A DNA stretch of 32,000 bases from Candidatus Blochmanniella floridana (GTDB taxonomy: Bacteria > Pseudomonadota > Gammaproteobacteria > Enterobacterales > Enterobacteriaceae), in NCBI GenBank assembly GCA_000043285.1, contig BX248583.1, positions 60,001 through 92,000 on the forward strand. Reading direction: 5' to 3'. The notes below the pieces were generated by a model. That model saw only the letters and a program-made list of their open reading frames with translations. It did no database searches and had not been told where the DNA came from. Both the position numbers and the translations under genes were made by a program. Shown here in pieces: positions 28,740 to 32,000 of the stretch (positions are counted from its first letter, which is position 1; the number at the start of each line of letters is the position of its first letter).

Positions 28740-29765
28740 ATGTTACGAAGTTTTTTATTATGTTTTATGATATGTATAGTGATAATGTTATTTTTTTCTT
28801 TATTTATAGTACAAGAAGGTCAGAAGGGTATTATATTACGTTTTGGAAAAGTATTACGAGATATAGATAAAAATCCGGTAATTTATAATCCAGGTTTACA
28901 TATTAAAATTCCTGGAATAGAAACGGTAAAAATTTTTGATTCACGTATTCAAACTATGAATAATCAAGCTGATCGTTTTGTAACTATGGAAAAAAAAGAT
29001 TTAATTATTGATTCATATATAAAATGGCGTATTAGTGATTTGGGTTTGTATTATTTAGCAACTGGAGGAGGAGATATTGCTCAAGCGGAAGTATTAATTA
29101 AGCGTAAGTTTTCTGACCGGTTACGATCAGAATTAGGTAAATTAAATGTTCAAGGTATTGTTACTGATTCACGTAATCAATTAATGACTGATGTTCGAGC
29201 ATCGTTAAACTATGGTACCGCTGGTGAAGAAATATTAGAAAATTCACATAGTGAGTTTAATAAGTTTAATTTGTATTCTACTCAAGATAATAAGATCAAT
29301 CAACAAAATCGAAATAATTTTGTTGATTGCATAAATCCAAACAGTATGACTGCATTAGGTATTGAAATAATAGATGTACGAATAAAACAAATTAATTTAC
29401 CTACAGAGGTATCTGATGCAATCTATCAACGTATGCGAGCAGAACGCGATGCGGTGGCTCGAAGGCATCGATCTCAAGGTCGGGAGGAATCAGAAAAATT
29501 ACGGGCAACTGCCGATTATGAAGCAACTCGTACTTTAGCAGAGGCTAAACGTCAGGCATTGATTATTAGAGGTGAGGCAGATGCTGAGACTGCTAGATTA
29601 TATGCTAAAACCTTTAATGAAGATCCTGAGTTTTATTCATTAATACGTACTTTACGTGCTTATGAAAATAGTTTTAAAAATAATAATGATCTTATGATTT
29701 TAAGCTCTGATTCTAATTTTTTACGTTTTATGAGATCATCAAACAGCACTGTGTTAGGACATTAA
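28740..29765 (+). CDS. hflC: FtsH protease modulator HflC (SPFH/band-7 family)
   Basis: MLRSFLLCFMICIVIMLFFSLFIVQEGQKGIILRFGKVLRD aligns with the E. coli HflC N-terminus MRKSVIAIIIIVLVVLYMSVFVVKEGERGITLRFGKVLRD. QADRFVTMEKKDLIIDSYIKWRISD and INLPTEVSDAIYQRMRAERDAVARRHRSQG are retained. The ATG at 28740 lies 4 nt after the hflK stop. The track start at 28560 is a frame-shifted read-through of the hflK tail. Confidence 0.92.
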   Translation: MLRSFLLCFMICIVIMLFFSLFIVQEGQKGIILRFGKVLRDIDKNPVIYNPGLHIKIPGIETVKIFDSRIQTMNNQADRFVTMEKKDLIIDSYIKWRISDLGLYYLATGGGDIAQAEVLIKRKFSDRLRSELGKLNVQGIVTDSRNQLMTDVRASLNYGTAGEEILENSHSEFNKFNLYSTQDNKINQQNRNNFVDCINPNSMTALGIEIIDVRIKQINLPTEVSDAIYQRMRAERDAVARRHRSQGREESEKLRATADYEATRTLAEAKRQALIIRGEADAETARLYAKTFNEDPEFYSLIRTLRAYENSFKNNNDLMILSSDSNFLRFMRSSNSTVLGH

Positions 29766-29865
29766 ATATGTTCAATATTTTTATATTGAACATTTATACA
29801 AGGAGAGAATGAAGTAATATAAATAATATACACTAGTAATATAGTAGGTTTATGTTGAATTATGA

Positions 29866-31197
29866 ATGGATAATATAAAAATGATACAAAATATTGTTAT
29901 AATAGGAACTCAGTGGGGGGATGAAGGAAAAGGTAAAATAATAGATTTTTTAACTCCTCAAGTCCAATACGTAGTACGTTATCAAGGTGGCCATAATGCT
30001 GGTCATACTATTGTAGTAAACCATAAGAAAGTTACTTTACATTTAATTCCTTCTGGTATTTTACATGATAATATAATTAATATTATTGCAGGAGGAGTAG
30101 TATTGTCTCCTGTCATTTTAGTTAAGGAAATACAAAAATTAAAAAAAATAAATGTGTTGGTAGATGATCGTATTTTTATTTCAGAATCTTGTTCTTTAAT
30201 TTTACCTTATCATATAGCTATAGATTTAGCTAGAGAAAAAATTTCAACTACTGTTATTACTAATAATAATGTGATTATTGGAACTACTGGGTGTGGTATT
30301 GGTCCAGCTTATGAAGATAAGGTAGCTCGTCGAGCATTGCGTGTGTATGATTTATATAATTTAAAAAATTTTGAAAATAAATTAAAGAATATAGCTGATT
30401 TTTATAATTTTCAATTAGTACAATATTATCATGCAGAGCCTATTGATTATCATGTTGTTATGGATGAAATTATAACTGTATCTGATATTTTAATAAAAAA
30501 AGTTATTGATGTGCCTGAATTATTACTGAATGCTCGAAAAAGAGGAGATAAAATTATATTTGAAGGAGCACAAGGTAGTTTATTAGATATTGATCATGGA
30601 ACATATCCGTATGTAACTTCTTCTCATACTACTTCTGGAGGAGCAATAGTAGGAATAGGTGTTGGGCCAAAATATATTGATTATGTGTTAGGGATTATGA
30701 AAGCGTATTCTACTCGTGTTGGAAACGGTCCATTTCCAACTGAATTATCAGGAGATATAGCAGAATGGTTATGTACACGTGGTCAAGAATTTGGTTCTAC
30801 AACAGGGCGACGTAGGCGTACTGGGTGGTTTGATGCTGTATCTGTACGACATGCTATTAAAATTAGTTCTATTAATTCGGCTTGTTTGACTAAAATTGAT
30901 ATATTAGATGGATTAAAATATGTTAAAATTTGTGTTGCATATCAATCGTTTAACGGAGAGATTATATATAATTTTCCGTATTCTCTAGAAAATTTAAAGA
31001 ATATAACACCGGTATACGAAGTATTACCTGGATGGTCTGGTAGAACTACTGGTATTAAGAAATTTAATCAATTGCCTTTAGAAGCTAAACAGTACATTAA
31101 ACGTATAGAAGAAGTTATTGGAATTCCAATAGATATAATTTCTACTGGACCAGATAGATTGATGAATATTATAGTAAGAAATCCACTAAATTTTTAA
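29866..31197 (+). CDS. purA: Adenylosuccinate synthetase PurA
   Basis: IGTQWGDEGKGKIIDFLT...VVRYQGGHNAGHT...GTTGCGIGPAYEDKVARR...FEGAQGSLLDIDHGTYPYVTSS...GSTTGRRRRTGW...GIPIDIISTGPDR, collinear with E. coli PurA. The second in-frame ATG at 29881 (MIQNIVIIGTQWG) matches the E. coli N-terminal length exactly and may be the true start. Confidence 0.97.
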   Translation: MDNIKMIQNIVIIGTQWGDEGKGKIIDFLTPQVQYVVRYQGGHNAGHTIVVNHKKVTLHLIPSGILHDNIINIIAGGVVLSPVILVKEIQKLKKINVLVDDRIFISESCSLILPYHIAIDLAREKISTTVITNNNVIIGTTGCGIGPAYEDKVARRALRVYDLYNLKNFENKLKNIADFYNFQLVQYYHAEPIDYHVVMDEIITVSDILIKKVIDVPELLLNARKRGDKIIFEGAQGSLLDIDHGTYPYVTSSHTTSGGAIVGIGVGPKYIDYVLGIMKAYSTRVGNGPFPTELSGDIAEWLCTRGQEFGSTTGRRRRTGWFDAVSVRHAIKISSINSACLTKIDILDGLKYVKICVAYQSFNGEIIYNFPYSLENLKNITPVYEVLPGWSGRTTGIKKFNQLPLEAKQYIKRIEEVIGIPIDIISTGPDRLMNIIVRNPLNF

Positions 31198-31404
31198 AGA
31201 TGGTTGATATTATATCAGATAAAGTAAATATTGTGTATTGCATAAGATATTAGTTTTTGGATATATTAAATATTAATTTTGTAAATGTATATTTACAAAT
31301 ATACAGATTATTTGTAAGGCATACAGTATTTGAATTATAAATGAGATTGTGTTGAATATAGATGATAGTATTTGAAATGAATTTATTGTGGTGTAATCAA
31401 TAAA

Positions 31405-32000
31405 ATGAGTGAATTAGTATACGGAATTCATACTGTGGAATCTATTGTAAATCAAAGTCCTAATCGAATATTAATAGTATATATCGTAAGTAATCCAAGA
31501 GATTTAAGATTAAAATCTTTGATTTATCGAATACGTAAAATGAATATTAATATTCAAGAATGTACTCGTCGAGTGTTAAATATAAAATCGATGAAATCTG
31601 CACATCAAGGTATTATCGCTGAAGTAATTCCTATGCCTGCGTTAAATGAGGATTATTTATTACACTTTTTGAAAACTAAGAATAATATTATACCATTATT
31701 GTTGGTATTGGATGGTATAACTGATCCACATAATTTAGGTGCGTGTATACGTTCTGCAGATGCTGCTGGAGTACATATGATTATTGTTCCTCGTGATCGT
31801 TCGGCTAATGTCAATGCTACAGTAAGAAAGGTAGCAAGTGGATCCTCGGATCGTGTACCTTTTGTGAGAGTTACTAATTTATCAAGAACTTTAAAGTTAT
31901 TGAAAAAGTATAATATTTATATTGTAGGATCTGTTTTAAGATCTAATCAAATTTTATTTAATACTAGATTAATTGATCCTATAGCGTTAGTGATGGGTTC
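31405..32000 (+). CDS. rlmB: 23S rRNA (guanosine2251-2'-O)-methyltransferase RlmB (SpoU family), 3' end outside the window
   Basis: Hand translation from the ATG at 31405 gives [27 protein letters not shown]...AHQGIIAEV...[69 protein letters not shown]. This matches E. coli RlmB MSEMIYGIHAVQALL...[50 protein letters not shown]. It is missing from the ORF track because it has no in-window stop. Confidence 0.92.
   Translation, partial: [198 protein letters not shown]

Overview
This is a gene-dense, strongly AT-rich window (roughly three-quarters A+T by eye). It holds 27 protein genes (two truncated by the window edges) and 2 tRNA genes, all core housekeeping functions. Gene order follows the E. 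coli K-12 map as two blocks. Positions 1-13197 are rpoD-dnaG-rpsU / tsaD / plsY / folB / cca / hldE / ubiK / ribB / plsC / metC (E. coli about 68-69 min, inverted here). Positions 13291-32000 are tRNA-Phe / cutA / groES-groEL / efp / mscM-psd / orn / tRNA-Gly / tsaE-amiB-miaA-hflX-hflK-hflC / purA / rlmB (E. coli about 94-95 min). Many E. coli neighbours are absent from their syntenic slots: uppP, dsbD, epmB, epmA, rsgA, mutL, hfq, nsrR and rnr. Composition, synteny and deletions together indicate the reduced genome of an obligate enterobacterial insect endosymbiont, probably Blochmannia-like. That assignment is an inference; I cannot run a search. I found no CRISPR array, mobile element, phage, defence or toxin module, and no unexplained multi-gene cluster. 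Every long ORF that is not antisense to a conserved gene has an obvious enterobacterial ortholog, so I do not claim a novel system here. The observations worth a second look are structural and evolutionary: (1) a 29-bp perfect hairpin between groEL and efp; (2) a GC-rich sigma-32-type promoter island upstream of groES; (3) perfect hairpins centred in two convergent-gene spacers; (4) a tRNA-Gly gene without an encoded CCA end, alongside a cca gene whose HD motif looks degraded; (5) gene-loss scars at the mutL, hfq, rnr, rsgA, uppP and epmAB slots; (6) mutually exclusive hairpins upstream of rlmB; (7) very strong strand compositional asymmetry that visibly shapes protein composition; (8) long coding poly(A) tracts. 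Several start codons in the supplied ORF track are TTG extensions; I moved these to homology-supported ATG codons.
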